NCBI GenBank assembly: GCA_030745285.1
Contig: JASLOV010000121.1
Coordinates: 1-36,323 of the forward strand
Direction of reading: 5' to 3'
DNA length: 36,323 bases
Source: Dehalococcoidia bacterium
Lineage (GTDB): Bacteria > Chloroflexota > Dehalococcoidia > UBA2979
The stretch's first letter is position 1. Each line of letters begins with the position of its first letter. A program made the position numbers and the translations under genes. This document shows positions 18,833 through 26,884 of this stretch, one piece after another. The notes beneath the pieces are model-generated. The model had not been told where the DNA came from. It searched no databases and saw only the letters and a list, made by a program, of their open reading frames with translations.

Positions 18833-19828
18833 CTACTCGAATCGGTCCGGGTAGAGCGCCTGCGCCATCGCCTCCAGCCCTTCCACGATGCGCGGCCCGG
18901 GCCGGCTCGTGAGGTCGGAGTGGATGCCGTGGATGCGGCCGTTGACGACCGCCGAGATGCCGGACCAACCGGGCCGTCCGCCGACGGTCTCAGCACTCTC
19001 GCCGAACTCCGCGTCGGCCAGCAGGATCACCTCCGGGTCGGCGGCGATCACCGCCTCCGCCGAGAGCTGTGGGAAGTCGCTGGCGGCGCCTTCGGCCACG
19101 TTTCGGCCCTTCAGCGCCCCGATCATGCCGCCGATGAAGGTGTTCGGACCGGCGCTGTACAGGTCCGAGGTGAGCTCGAAGAAGACGGTCGGCCCCTGCT
19201 CGATGTCGGCGAGCGCGCCGGTGATGGCATCGATGCGGCCGCGCATGTCGGTGACTACGGACCCCGCCTGATCCGTCTCGCCGGTGATGCGTCCCAGCAG
19301 CAGGATGTAGTCGAGCACCCCTTCGATTGAGGCCGCTTCCTCGATGAAGAGCACCGTGATCCCGAGGTCGCGGAACTGCTTAACGCTGTCGCGCTGCTGC
19401 GTCACCATCAGCACGAGGTCGGGGTCCTGCGCCAGCGCGGCCTCCGGGTCGGGACCGGAGTACTCCAGCTTCGGCAGGTCGAGGACGGCCGTCGGGAAGT
19501 TGGAGAAGCGGTCGGTGGCAACGAGCCGGTCGCCGGCGCCGATGGCAAACAGCACCTCGGTGGCGGCCGGGGAGTACGAGATGATGCGCTGCGGGGCCGA
19601 GTCGAAGACGACCACGGTGTCGGACGAGTCGGTGATCTCCAGCGGGAACGCCTGCGCGGTCGTCGGGGCGGCAGCCGTCGCGGAGGCAGCCGCCGGGGCG
19701 GTGGTTGCTGCGGCCGACGGGCTGGGTCTGGCGTCGTCGTCGCTGCCGCATGCCGCCGCGAAGAGCGCCAGCGCCAGCATCATCACTGGCGTCAGCAACC
19801 ATCGGGCTCTTGCGGTTCGTCGAGTCAC
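18833..19828 (-). CDS. Periplasmic-binding-protein (BtuF/FhuD class) substrate-binding lipoprotein, probably for cobalamin or a corrinoid
   Basis: GTG 19828 is preceded by GGAGGT. Signal peptide with lipobox LFAAACGS. Class III SBP body (RIISYSPAATEVLFAIGAGDRLVATD...PEVILLAD). Located directly downstream of a cobalamin riboswitch. Confidence 0.8.
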   Translation of the reverse strand: MTRRTARARWLLTPVMMLALALFAAACGSDDDARPSPSAAATTAPAAASATAAAPTTAQAFPLEITDSSDTVVVFDSAPQRIISYSPAATEVLFAIGAGDRLVATDRFSNFPTAVLDLPKLEYSGPDPEAALAQDPDLVLMVTQQRDSVKQFRDLGITVLFIEEAASIEGVLDYILLLGRITGETDQAGSVVTDMRGRIDAITGALADIEQGPTVFFELTSDLYSAGPNTFIGGMIGALKGRNVAEGAASDFPQLSAEAVIAADPEVILLADAEFGESAETVGGRPGWSGISAVVNGRIHGIHSDLTSRPGPRIVEGLEAMAQALYPDRFE

Positions 19829-19861
19829 GTGTACCTCCGCACGCTGTGCGAGGACGGCACA

Positions 19862-19894
19862 TACACAAAGACCCCTCGCGCGATGCGAGGGGTC
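19862..19894 (-). terminator. Intrinsic terminator-like hairpin, the putative expression platform of the riboswitch
   Basis: Minus strand: GACCCCTCGC-atcgc-GCGAGGGGTC (10-bp perfect stem, 19870-19894) followed by TTTGTGT. It sits between the aptamer and the SBP start. Confidence 0.6.
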
Positions 19895-19959
19895 CAGCGA
19901 GCAACCTGTGCGGCCTGGTCGGTATCTGCGGCCGGTCAGGTGCAGTCGCCCGTCCTCGC

Positions 19960-20100
19960 GGGTCTCTGACACTGACGCAGGTCGGTACTCTGGCTTGCCG
20001 TCGGCGGCTTCACGCCGCTCACGGCTCACAGTTGCGGGACAGCGCCGGATTCGCACCGGCTTCCCCGAGCACCGCGTCGGATTGCGACGAATCGTAGCAC
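19960..20100 (-). ncRNA. Cobalamin (B12) riboswitch aptamer
   Basis: Minus-strand conserved core GGGGAAGCCGGTGCGAATCCGGCGCTGTCCCGCAACTGTGAG (20066->20025). B12-box-like GCAAGCCAGAGTACCGACCTGCG (19998->19976). P1-like pairing GACGC...GCGTC. The downstream genes are B12-related. Confidence 0.85.
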
Positions 20101-20183
20101 GCTCCTCCCGCCCGGTCTGCGCGACGTGGTATGACTGCCGTCTGAATCGCGAGGGCACACTCGCCCGCCGCTGGAGGCCGACC

Positions 20184-20657
20184 GTGGGATCGAGCATCGA
20201 CCGCTATCTGACCATGCTGGAATTGCTGGCCGGCGACGTGATTCGCGAGCTGGACGGCGTCCCCGAGGACATCCTCAACCGCCCCGTCGACGTACCCGAG
20301 GCCAACTCGCTGTTCGCGATCGCGACCCACCTGCTCGCCTCGGGCCGGAACTGGACGCTGGTCGTGATCGGGGGGCAAGACATCCCCCGCGACCGCGACG
20401 CGGAGTTCGTCGCGACCGGCACGTTCGCCGAGCTGACGTCTGGCTACGACGAGTGGATGCGGGCGACGCACGAGGTGCTGGACGGCGCGTCCGACGACGA
20501 ACGGGGGCGCGTGACCGAGCAGACGCCGTACCGCCCGGACCTCGCCGTCGAGTTCATGACGGTCGAGCACGGTCTGATCCACGTCATCGACCACACCGCC
20601 ATCCACCTCGGGCACATGCAGGTGACGAAGCAGCTGCTGCTGGCCGGAGCGCTCTAG
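20184..20657 (+). CDS. DinB-family (DUF664-like) protein
   Basis: GTG 20184 has GGAGG 6 nt upstream. The C-terminal portion of track ORF 19344..20657 carries ...LFAIATHLLASGRNW... and ...HGLIHVIDHTAIHLGHMQ (His triad pattern). Confidence 0.65.
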   Translation: MGSSIDRYLTMLELLAGDVIRELDGVPEDILNRPVDVPEANSLFAIATHLLASGRNWTLVVIGGQDIPRDRDAEFVATGTFAELTSGYDEWMRATHEVLDGASDDERGRVTEQTPYRPDLAVEFMTVEHGLIHVIDHTAIHLGHMQVTKQLLLAGAL

Positions 20658-20676
20658 ACCGCCGAGGGGACCTACC

Positions 20677-21495
20677 GTGAGCGACGAGCGACCGCCGGAG
20701 ACCTACACGCACGGCCACCACGAGTCGGTCGTCGGGCAGCATCGCCGCCGCACGGCGGAGGAGGCGGCCGCCTTCCTGTTGCCGCGCCTTGATGCCGGCG
20801 CGCGCGTGCTCGACTTCGGCTGCGGCCCCGGGACGATCACGACCGGACTCGCCCGCGCCGTAGGGCGGGGCACGGTGACCGGCATCGACCTCGCAGGGGA
20901 GGTGCTGACGCTGGCGCGCGAGCATGCCGTGGAGCAGGGGACGGCCAACGCCGGCTTCGCCCGGGCCAGTGTCTACGCGCTGCCGTTCGCCGGCGAGACG
21001 TTCGATGTCGCCTACGCGCACCAGGTGCTGCAACACCTCGCCGGCCCGGTGGCCGCGCTGCGCGAGGCGCGCCGGGTACTCCGGCCCGGCGGGCTGGTCG
21101 CGGTGCGCGATGTCGACTACGCGACGATGGTGTGGTGGCCGCCCGAACCGCGCCTCGAGCGCTTCCAGGAGCTGTACCACCAGGTCGCCACGCTCAACGG
21201 CGGCGACGCCGACGCGGGCCGCCGCATCCCCTCCTGGCTGCGCGAGGCCGGCTTCGTCGATATCGAGATCACCAGCAGCACGTGGACGTTCGCGGACCGC
21301 GAGTCGCTGCGGCAGTGGGGTGACTCATGGGCGGAACGCACCGTGAATTCCGCGCTCGGCGAGAAGGCGCTGGAGTACGGCCTCGCCTCGGAGGTTGAAC
21401 TGCGTGAGATCGCCGAGGGTTGGCGTGCGTGGGCGCGTGACGATGACGCCTTCTTCACCTTCCTCCATGTCGAAGGGCTCGCCCACAGGCCCTGA
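20677..21495 (+). CDS. Class I SAM-dependent methyltransferase
   Basis: Motif I VLDFGCGPGT, then LRPGGLVAVRD. Confidence 0.85.
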   Translation: MSDERPPETYTHGHHESVVGQHRRRTAEEAAAFLLPRLDAGARVLDFGCGPGTITTGLARAVGRGTVTGIDLAGEVLTLAREHAVEQGTANAGFARASVYALPFAGETFDVAYAHQVLQHLAGPVAALREARRVLRPGGLVAVRDVDYATMVWWPPEPRLERFQELYHQVATLNGGDADAGRRIPSWLREAGFVDIEITSSTWTFADRESLRQWGDSWAERTVNSALGEKALEYGLASEVELREIAEGWRAWARDDDAFFTFLHVEGLAHRP

Positions 21496-21553
21496 GCGAC
21501 GATCGCGAGGACGGCCGGCTGCACGGGCAGCGCCGGGCTGCTAGCGTGACCGG

Positions 21554-22117
21554 ATGAAGCGGACGCGCCTCGTTCCCGCTCTGGTGGCGACTTCCCTTAC
21601 CTTCTTGCTGGTGGCCGCCGCCTGTTCGGACTCACCGCCGCCCGAAGCTGCGCCGGCCGCATCCGCCGCTCAGCTGGCGGCGAGCACCGCCCCGGTCACA
21701 GCCACCGCCCGGGCGGCGGCGACCACAGCGGTAGCCACGGCAACCGCGATCTCCGCAACGGCGCCGCCCGTTCCGGCGGCGACCGCAACGCCGGCAACCG
21801 CGACACCCGCACCGGTGGCGACCGCCACCCCCGTGCCGGCGGCGACCGCGACCCCGGCAACCGCGACACCCGTACCGGCGGCGACCGCACCGTCCCTCCC
21901 GACTGCCTCGCCCTCGCCTACCGTTGCCCCATCGAGAGTGGCGTCGGGACCGTGCGTCAGCAATCCGAACCCGGTGCTCACACGCCAGTACACTGACCTC
22001 TCGCGCCTCGACTTCATCAACCCGACGATCATGACCAGTGGGAACTGGCTGAAGAACCGCCAGTACCACAAGGTCGTTACGGATGCTGCCAATCACGCGC
22101 CGGAGCTGCCGCTCTAA
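21554..22117 (+). CDS. Lipoprotein, N-terminal segment (signal/lipobox plus Thr/Ala/Pro linker); likely the 5' part of one gene interrupted by an in-frame TAA
   Basis: MKRTRLVPALVATSLTFLLVAAACS lipobox, then a TAP-rich repeat linker. TAA at 22115-22117 is in the same frame as ORF 22166..22930, and the 48 nt between them keep high GC3. Confidence 0.6.
   Translation: MKRTRLVPALVATSLTFLLVAAACSDSPPPEAAPAASAAQLAASTAPVTATARAAATTAVATATAISATAPPVPAATATPATATPAPVATATPVPAATATPATATPVPAATAPSLPTASPSPTVAPSRVASGPCVSNPNPVLTRQYTDLSRLDFINPTIMTSGNWLKNRQYHKVVTDAANHAPELPL
21773..21895 (+). repeat. About 63-bp tandem repeat x2 encoding PAATATPATATP(A/V)P... linker units
   Basis: The string ccggcggcgaccgc..ccggcaaccgcgacacccg recurs at 21773 and 21836. 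Confidence 0.8.
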
Positions 22118-22165
22118 GCGCCGGCGGATGCCGTCGCGACTGGCGTTACGCACTACGTCGCAACG

Positions 22166-22930
22166 ATGCGGCAGTTCGACGGCACCTCGCTCGAACTCTC
22201 CCAGTTCGACCTGCGTTTCGAGCTGTCATGCGAGGTCTCCTATTGGTTCGACCATGTCTCGCGGCTGGCGGAGCCGTTCGCGTCGCTTGCGCCGGCGGAG
22301 GGTGTGCGCGACACGCGCAACGCAATGGCGCCGATACGCGTCGAGGTGAAGGCGGGCGACCTGATCGGCTACTCCAGCGGCACCGTGCCGGCGCACGTCT
22401 GGGACTTCGTGCTCGTCAATACCGCGGTGACGGTCCGCTTCGCGAACCAGCAGCGCTACGAGACCGCCGGCGATCTGCGGAGCCTGCTCCACGCTGTCTG
22501 TCCGGCGGACTACCTGGCGCCGGCCCTGCGCGCCGAGTACGTGGCGCTCTACGGCTCATGGACGCCGGGCGGCCAGGGCACGGGCTGCGACACCGCGGTG
22601 GATCTCGTCGGCACCATCGCCGGGGGCTGGTTCCAGACGCCCTTCGACGCCTCCAACTCGTTCGCCGGCGCGGACTGGGGCGTTGTGGCTTCGATCGCGG
22701 GCGGGGGCGAGGTCGACGTCAACGGACCGGGCCGAAGCGTCCGCACCGCGCCGTCGGACCCGACGTTCGCCGACCCGAAGCTCGTGACCGGCGAGCACTG
22801 CTTTCAGAATTCGAACCAGCCGAGCTGGGCCTACCTCAAGGTGCTCTCCGACTCCGAGCTGGGAGCTGCGTTCGGAGACGGCGCCTGCCCGTTGACGTTT
22901 CCGTCGGACTACCGGACGTTCTACCGCTAG
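22166..22930 (+). CDS. Hypothetical secreted protein, the C-terminal segment of the interrupted lipoprotein
   Basis: 254-aa ORF of normal composition with no motif I can name (VKAGDLIGYSSG is faintly M23-like, but no HxH motif is present). Its stop overlaps the stop of the convergent ABC gene (CTAG 22927-22930). Confidence 0.6.
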   Translation: MRQFDGTSLELSQFDLRFELSCEVSYWFDHVSRLAEPFASLAPAEGVRDTRNAMAPIRVEVKAGDLIGYSSGTVPAHVWDFVLVNTAVTVRFANQQRYETAGDLRSLLHAVCPADYLAPALRAEYVALYGSWTPGGQGTGCDTAVDLVGTIAGGWFQTPFDASNSFAGADWGVVASIAGGGEVDVNGPGRSVRTAPSDPTFADPKLVTGEHCFQNSNQPSWAYLKVLSDSELGAAFGDGACPLTFPSDYRTFYR

Positions 22931-24942
22931 CCGCCGTGGGGACCGGCGCGGTGGTCTCCGCCTCCATGAGCGGGCATGCTACCGCCGTTGCTGCCGGGCA
23001 TTCCGTCGGGGTGCCCGCCGCCCACCATCCCCCCGGGGCCGCCATGGCCCGCCGCGGCCGCATGAGCAGGCGAGGCCACCGGTGTGCGCTTCGCCTCACC
23101 GTCAGACCCGTCCTCGGGCAACTCGTCGGCAAGGGGCGTGTCGCGCTCGACGGCGCCGTCTTTGAACTGCTCGTGGTAGAGCCTCGCGTAGAGGCCGCCC
23201 TCGTTGACCAGTTCGGGGTGTGTGCCGCGCTCGACGATGCGCCCGCCGTCCATCACCAGGATCTGGTCGGCCGCGATGATCGTGGAGAGGCGGTGCGCAA
23301 TCACGATCGAGGTCCGTGACTGCATCACCGGCTCGAGCGCCTCCTTGATCAGCCGTTCGCTCGCGCTGTCGAGCGAGCTGGTGGCCTCATCGAGCAGCAG
23401 GATGCGCGGGTCCTTGAGAATGATGCGCGCGATAGCGATACGCTGCTTTTCGCCGCCTGAGAGCCGGTAGCCGCGCTCGCCGACGAGCGTGTCGTAGCCG
23501 CGCGGCATCTGCGCGACGATCTCGTGCACGTACGCGGCCTTCGCCGCAGCCTCCAGTTCCTCGTCGGTCGCGTCCGGCTTCGCGTAGAGCAGATTGTCCT
23601 TCACGGAGGCGTGGAAGAGGTAGGTCTCCTGCGTGACCATGCCAATGTGGTTGCTGAGGGAGGGGAACGTGAGCTCGCGCACGTCGACGCCGTCGAGCGT
23701 GACGACGCCCGCATCGGGGTCGTACAGCCGCGAGACGAGGTAGGTCGCCGTCGTCTTGCCGGCGCCGGAGGGCCCGACCAGCGCGACCAGTTCGCCCGGC
23801 CTGGCCTCGAAGGTGATGTCCTTCAGCACCGGTGTGGCGGCGTCGTAGCCGAAGTCGACGTGCTGGAAGGCGACGGTGCGGTCCTGCGCCGGCAGCTCCG
23901 TCGGGTTCGGGCGCTCGGCGATCGCGGGCTCCATGTCCAGGTACTCGAAGATGCGCTCGAAGAGCGCGAACGAGCCGGCGATGTCCACGTGCACGCTGAA
24001 CAACTGCGAGACCGGCCCGAACAGCCGGTTGACGAGGAAGACGAAGGCAACGACCTCGCCGACCAGCATGTCTCCGCTGATCACCAGCCAGCCGCCGTAG
24101 CCGTAGACCATCGCCGGGGCGACCGCGCCGTAGAGCGTCACCACCATGAAGAACCAGCGCCCCACCATGCTCTGGGAGACCTGCTCCTTCATCACCTCCG
24201 CGGATGCGACCTCGAAGGTGGCCTCCTCCTGCCGTTCGCGGCCGAAGCTCTTCACCAGCACTGCGCCGGAGATGTTGAGCTTCTCCTGCACGATCATCGT
24301 CATCTCGCCGAGCGCGGCCTGCGCGCGGCGCCCGGCGCGGAAGCGGAGGTTGCCGAACTGCTGCGTCGGGAAGATGAAGGCGGGGAGGGCAATCAGCGCG
24401 ACGATGGTGAGCCGCCAGTCCAGCCACACCATCACGGCGACCGTCGTCGCGACGGTGACCGTGTTCGTCATGACGTTGGTGAAGCTGGTCGTCACCACCG
24501 CCTGCACGCCGTTCATGTCGTTGGTGAGGCGCGTCATGATCTCGCCGCTGCGGGTGGCGGTGAAGAAGCTGAGCGGCATGCGCAGGACATGGTTGTAGAG
24601 CTGGCCACGGACGTCGTGCATCATGCGCTGGCCGATGATGGTGTTGCCCCAGTTCTGGGCGACCTGCACGAGGCCCGTCACGACCGGGATTGCCACCATC
24701 GCGCCGGCCAGCACCACCAGCAGCGTGCGATCCCCGTCGGGGATGGCGACATCGATCAGCTGTTTGATCAGCAGCGGCGGGATCAGGCTGAGGCTGGCCG
24801 AGACCAGCACCAGCACGAACGTCAACGCGATCAGCTTTCGGTAGGGGCGGGCGTAGGCAAGGATGCGGCCCAGCAGCGACCACGAAATCGCGTTGTCCTC
24901 TTTGTCGCCCCAGTCCGCCGCGCCGGCGCCGTGTGCCATCAT
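22927..24942 (-). CDS. MsbA-type ABC exporter (fused permease plus ATPase) with a His/Gly/Met-rich C-terminal tail
   Basis: Six-TM N-terminal half, Walker A GPSGAGKTT, signature LSGGEKQRIAIAR and Walker B ILLLDEATS. The ~75-aa tail reads ...AHAAAAGHGGPGGMVGGGHPDGMPGSNGGSMPAHGGGDHRAGPHGG. Confidence 0.9.
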   Translation of the reverse strand: MMAHGAGAADWGDKEDNAISWSLLGRILAYARPYRKLIALTFVLVLVSASLSLIPPLLIKQLIDVAIPDGDRTLLVVLAGAMVAIPVVTGLVQVAQNWGNTIIGQRMMHDVRGQLYNHVLRMPLSFFTATRSGEIMTRLTNDMNGVQAVVTTSFTNVMTNTVTVATTVAVMVWLDWRLTIVALIALPAFIFPTQQFGNLRFRAGRRAQAALGEMTMIVQEKLNISGAVLVKSFGRERQEEATFEVASAEVMKEQVSQSMVGRWFFMVVTLYGAVAPAMVYGYGGWLVISGDMLVGEVVAFVFLVNRLFGPVSQLFSVHVDIAGSFALFERIFEYLDMEPAIAERPNPTELPAQDRTVAFQHVDFGYDAATPVLKDITFEARPGELVALVGPSGAGKTTATYLVSRLYDPDAGVVTLDGVDVRELTFPSLSNHIGMVTQETYLFHASVKDNLLYAKPDATDEELEAAAKAAYVHEIVAQMPRGYDTLVGERGYRLSGGEKQRIAIARIILKDPRILLLDEATSSLDSASERLIKEALEPVMQSRTSIVIAHRLSTIIAADQILVMDGGRIVERGTHPELVNEGGLYARLYHEQFKDGAVERDTPLADELPEDGSDGEAKRTPVASPAHAAAAGHGGPGGMVGGGHPDGMPGSNGGSMPAHGGGDHRAGPHGG

Positions 24943-25079
24943 CGTCGTGCCCCCTCGCCATCCATCGCAGGTCGCTCCAACTATACTCGAAGTCGACTAT
25001 TCGAACCGGGCTAAGATACGATTCCCCTGTCTATTCAGAAGCCGCCCGGTCGGTTCGTCGAGGCCTGAGAGGAACACCG

Positions 25080-25667
25080 ATGCCCGATGCCACCGATGCG
25101 CCCAACGTCGCCGACGCTGCCGACGAGCTGCTGCTGCTCGGTCTGCTCTCCGGTTCGTCGATGTACGGCTACCAGCTCAACGACGTGATCGAGCACCACC
25201 TGCCGATGTTCTGGCGGCTGAAGCCGTCCACCGCCTACAGCCGCCTTGACCGGCTCTCCGCGCGAGGGCTCGTCGAGACGAAGACGGAGCGCGTGGGGAA
25301 GCGCCCCGAGCGCAAGGTCTACGACCTCACCGAGGCCGGCCGGGCACGCTTCGAGCAGTTGTTGCGTGCGAACCTGCGCTCGGCGGACGTGCCGTCGCCG
25401 GTCGGCGACCTGGGCGTGCTCTTCTACCGAGCGCTGCCGGTGGACGAGGTGCAGGCACTGCTCGCGGAGCGGCGAACAGCGACCGCCAATCAGCGTCCGC
25501 GGCTGAGCGAGCTGGTCGAACGCCACCCGCCGCTCAGCGCGGGCCGCCTGGTCGCAGAACACTCGCTGGCGCACCTTGATGCAGAGCTGGCGTGGCTCGA
25601 CGGGGTGCTGGAGCGCGACCTCACCGCTCCCGCCGAGCCTGCCGCGCCGGCCGAGGGCGCCCGCTGA
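25080..25667 (+). CDS. PadR-family transcriptional regulator
   Basis: ATG 25080 with GAGAGGAA upstream. wHTH motifs LLLLGLLSGSSMYGYQL and RKVYDLTEAGR. Divergent from the ABC exporter. Confidence 0.85.
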   Translation: MPDATDAPNVADAADELLLLGLLSGSSMYGYQLNDVIEHHLPMFWRLKPSTAYSRLDRLSARGLVETKTERVGKRPERKVYDLTEAGRARFEQLLRANLRSADVPSPVGDLGVLFYRALPVDEVQALLAERRTATANQRPRLSELVERHPPLSAGRLVAEHSLAHLDAELAWLDGVLERDLTAPAEPAAPAEGAR

Positions 25668-26446
25668 CGCCCCCCACGCCCTCGCTGCCCCGGGTCGCAC
25701 GCTACTTCGATGCGCTCTACGCCGCGTTGGCGGCCAGCGAGACGCACCGCGCCGTCGGCCGTGAGGTGCTGGGCGATGGTTACGCCGGGCAGCTCGGCTA
25801 CGCCGGTGAGCACGAGCTGTTGCGAATGGCGGAGGTATGCGGGATGGCGCCCGGCCGCACGGTGCTCGACCTTGGCTGCGGCACGGGCGGCGTCGCTTCG
25901 TGGTGGGCACGTCGCACCAGCGCGCGCGTGATCGGGGTCGACTGCTCCGGCACTGCACTGCGCATCGGGGCGGCAGACGAGTCCCGCGACGCCCGGGCGG
26001 CGTTCGTCGCCGCCGACGCGACCGCGTTGCCCCTGGCGGCATCCAGTCTCGACGGCATCGTCTCGCTGGACGGGTTCGGGCTCGACTTCGCCCGGCTCGC
26101 GCGGGAGGCGCGCCGGCTGCTGCGGGGTGGCGGCCGCGTCGCCCTGCTGATCAGCCTGCCTGCCGGCGGCGCGGGCCCGGCGCTCGAAGCCCTCGCCGCC
26201 GCGGGCCTTGCCGAGTGCTTCGTTGAGGACCAGATGGAGCCGGCGGCGGCACTGATGTCGCGCTGGCGCGAGGCTTATCGGCGCGCCGCGTCAGGCCACA
26301 TCGCTGAGGTGGGGGAGCGTGTGCACCGCGGTATCGTCGATGAAATCGACGAACTGCTGGTGGGCTATCGTGAGGGCACGACGGAGCGGGTGCTCATCGG
26401 CGCAACCCGACTTCAGGCAGCCCGGAGTGCGCGGGTCGCGCGCTGA
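25592..26446 (+). CDS. Class I SAM-dependent methyltransferase (start uncertain)
   Basis: Motif I VLDLGCGTGGV, then LLRGGGRVALL. The only ATG (25592) overlaps the padR 3' end by 76 nt, so the true start may be non-canonical near 25664. Confidence 0.75.
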   Translation: MARRGAGARPHRSRRACRAGRGRPLTPPTPSLPRVARYFDALYAALAASETHRAVGREVLGDGYAGQLGYAGEHELLRMAEVCGMAPGRTVLDLGCGTGGVASWWARRTSARVIGVDCSGTALRIGAADESRDARAAFVAADATALPLAASSLDGIVSLDGFGLDFARLAREARRLLRGGGRVALLISLPAGGAGPALEALAAAGLAECFVEDQMEPAAALMSRWREAYRRAASGHIAEVGERVHRGIVDEIDELLVGYREGTTERVLIGATRLQAARSARVAR

Positions 26447-26489
26447 CGGGGTTCGTGCGGGGACCCGTGCGGAAGTGGAGCGGATATAG

Positions 26490-26531
26490 GTACTCCTCGG
26501 GGGCTGGCTCGTCAAAACTCCCGGGGAGTAC
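26490..26531. terminator. Long hairpin between convergent genes (possible bidirectional terminator)
   Basis: GTACTCCTCGGGGG (26490-26503) pairs with CTCCCGGGGAGTAC (26518-26531). On the plus strand this is a 14-bp stem with two G-U pairs; on the minus strand, 12 of 14 positions pair. Loop is 14 nt. No U-tract. Confidence 0.3.
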
Positions 26532-26598
26532 GCCTGAAGGATGTGCGTCAGACGCCGAGCCCTCTGTTCGAAGCATCGGGCTCAAAGCGTCGAAAGTT

Positions 26599-26706
26599 CT
26601 ACGTCCCCCACATCCCGCCGGCGAGGGCGGAAGCCGGGCTCGCCGCAAGGGCGACCGCAGCCAGGAACAGAGATGCTGCCACCGTTGTCACTGAGCGCTT
26701 GGCCAT
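26599..26706 (-). CDS. 35-aa pre-peptide: Sec-type signal peptide plus a 6-8 aa C-terminal tail (MAKRSVTTVAASLFLAAVALAASPASALAGGMWGT)
   Basis: ATG 26706 has GGGAGG 7 nt upstream, and the stop is TAG at 26599-26601. The peptide has a basic n-region, a 17-aa hydrophobic core and AxA cleavage motifs. It is the inner start of track ORF 26599..26793 and is co-oriented with the upstream regulator. Confidence 0.5.
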   Translation of the reverse strand: MAKRSVTTVAASLFLAAVALAASPASALAGGMWGT

Positions 26707-26810
26707 AAGTAAACCTCCCAGGTATTCGGGCAACGGATAGTCCGATGCCACTCCCAAAGCCTGGTCGGAAGATATGGCGCGAGCTATCGCCACAATCTCG
26801 CCACCAACGC

Positions 26811-26828
26811 GTGAGGACCGAGTGAGGA
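26811..26828 (-). promoter_or_regulatory. Two perfect heptamer direct repeats with 11-bp phasing (candidate SARP binding site)
   Basis: Plus strand GTGAGGA-ccga-GTGAGGA (26811-17 and 26822-28), which reads TCCTCAC-N4-TCCTCAC in the direction of the peptide ORF. Located 105-122 nt upstream of its ATG. Confidence 0.45.
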
Positions 26829-26884
26829 TTGACCGAGAGATAGAACGTGCGTGCGAACGTCACGGACAGGGGAGGCGGTGCGTG

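Noticed and set aside
19344-20183. The 5' part of plus-strand ORF 19344..20657 (437 aa).
   Set aside because: It runs antisense through the binding-protein gene and the cobalamin riboswitch. DinB-like sequence starts only at GTG 20184, which has a proper GGAGG site.
24943-25079. A PadR operator in the divergent ABC/padR intergenic region.
   Set aside because: Only an 8-bp palindrome, AGTCGACT (24991-24998), and three TCGA cores are visible. The flanks are not symmetric, so I cannot support a specific operator call.
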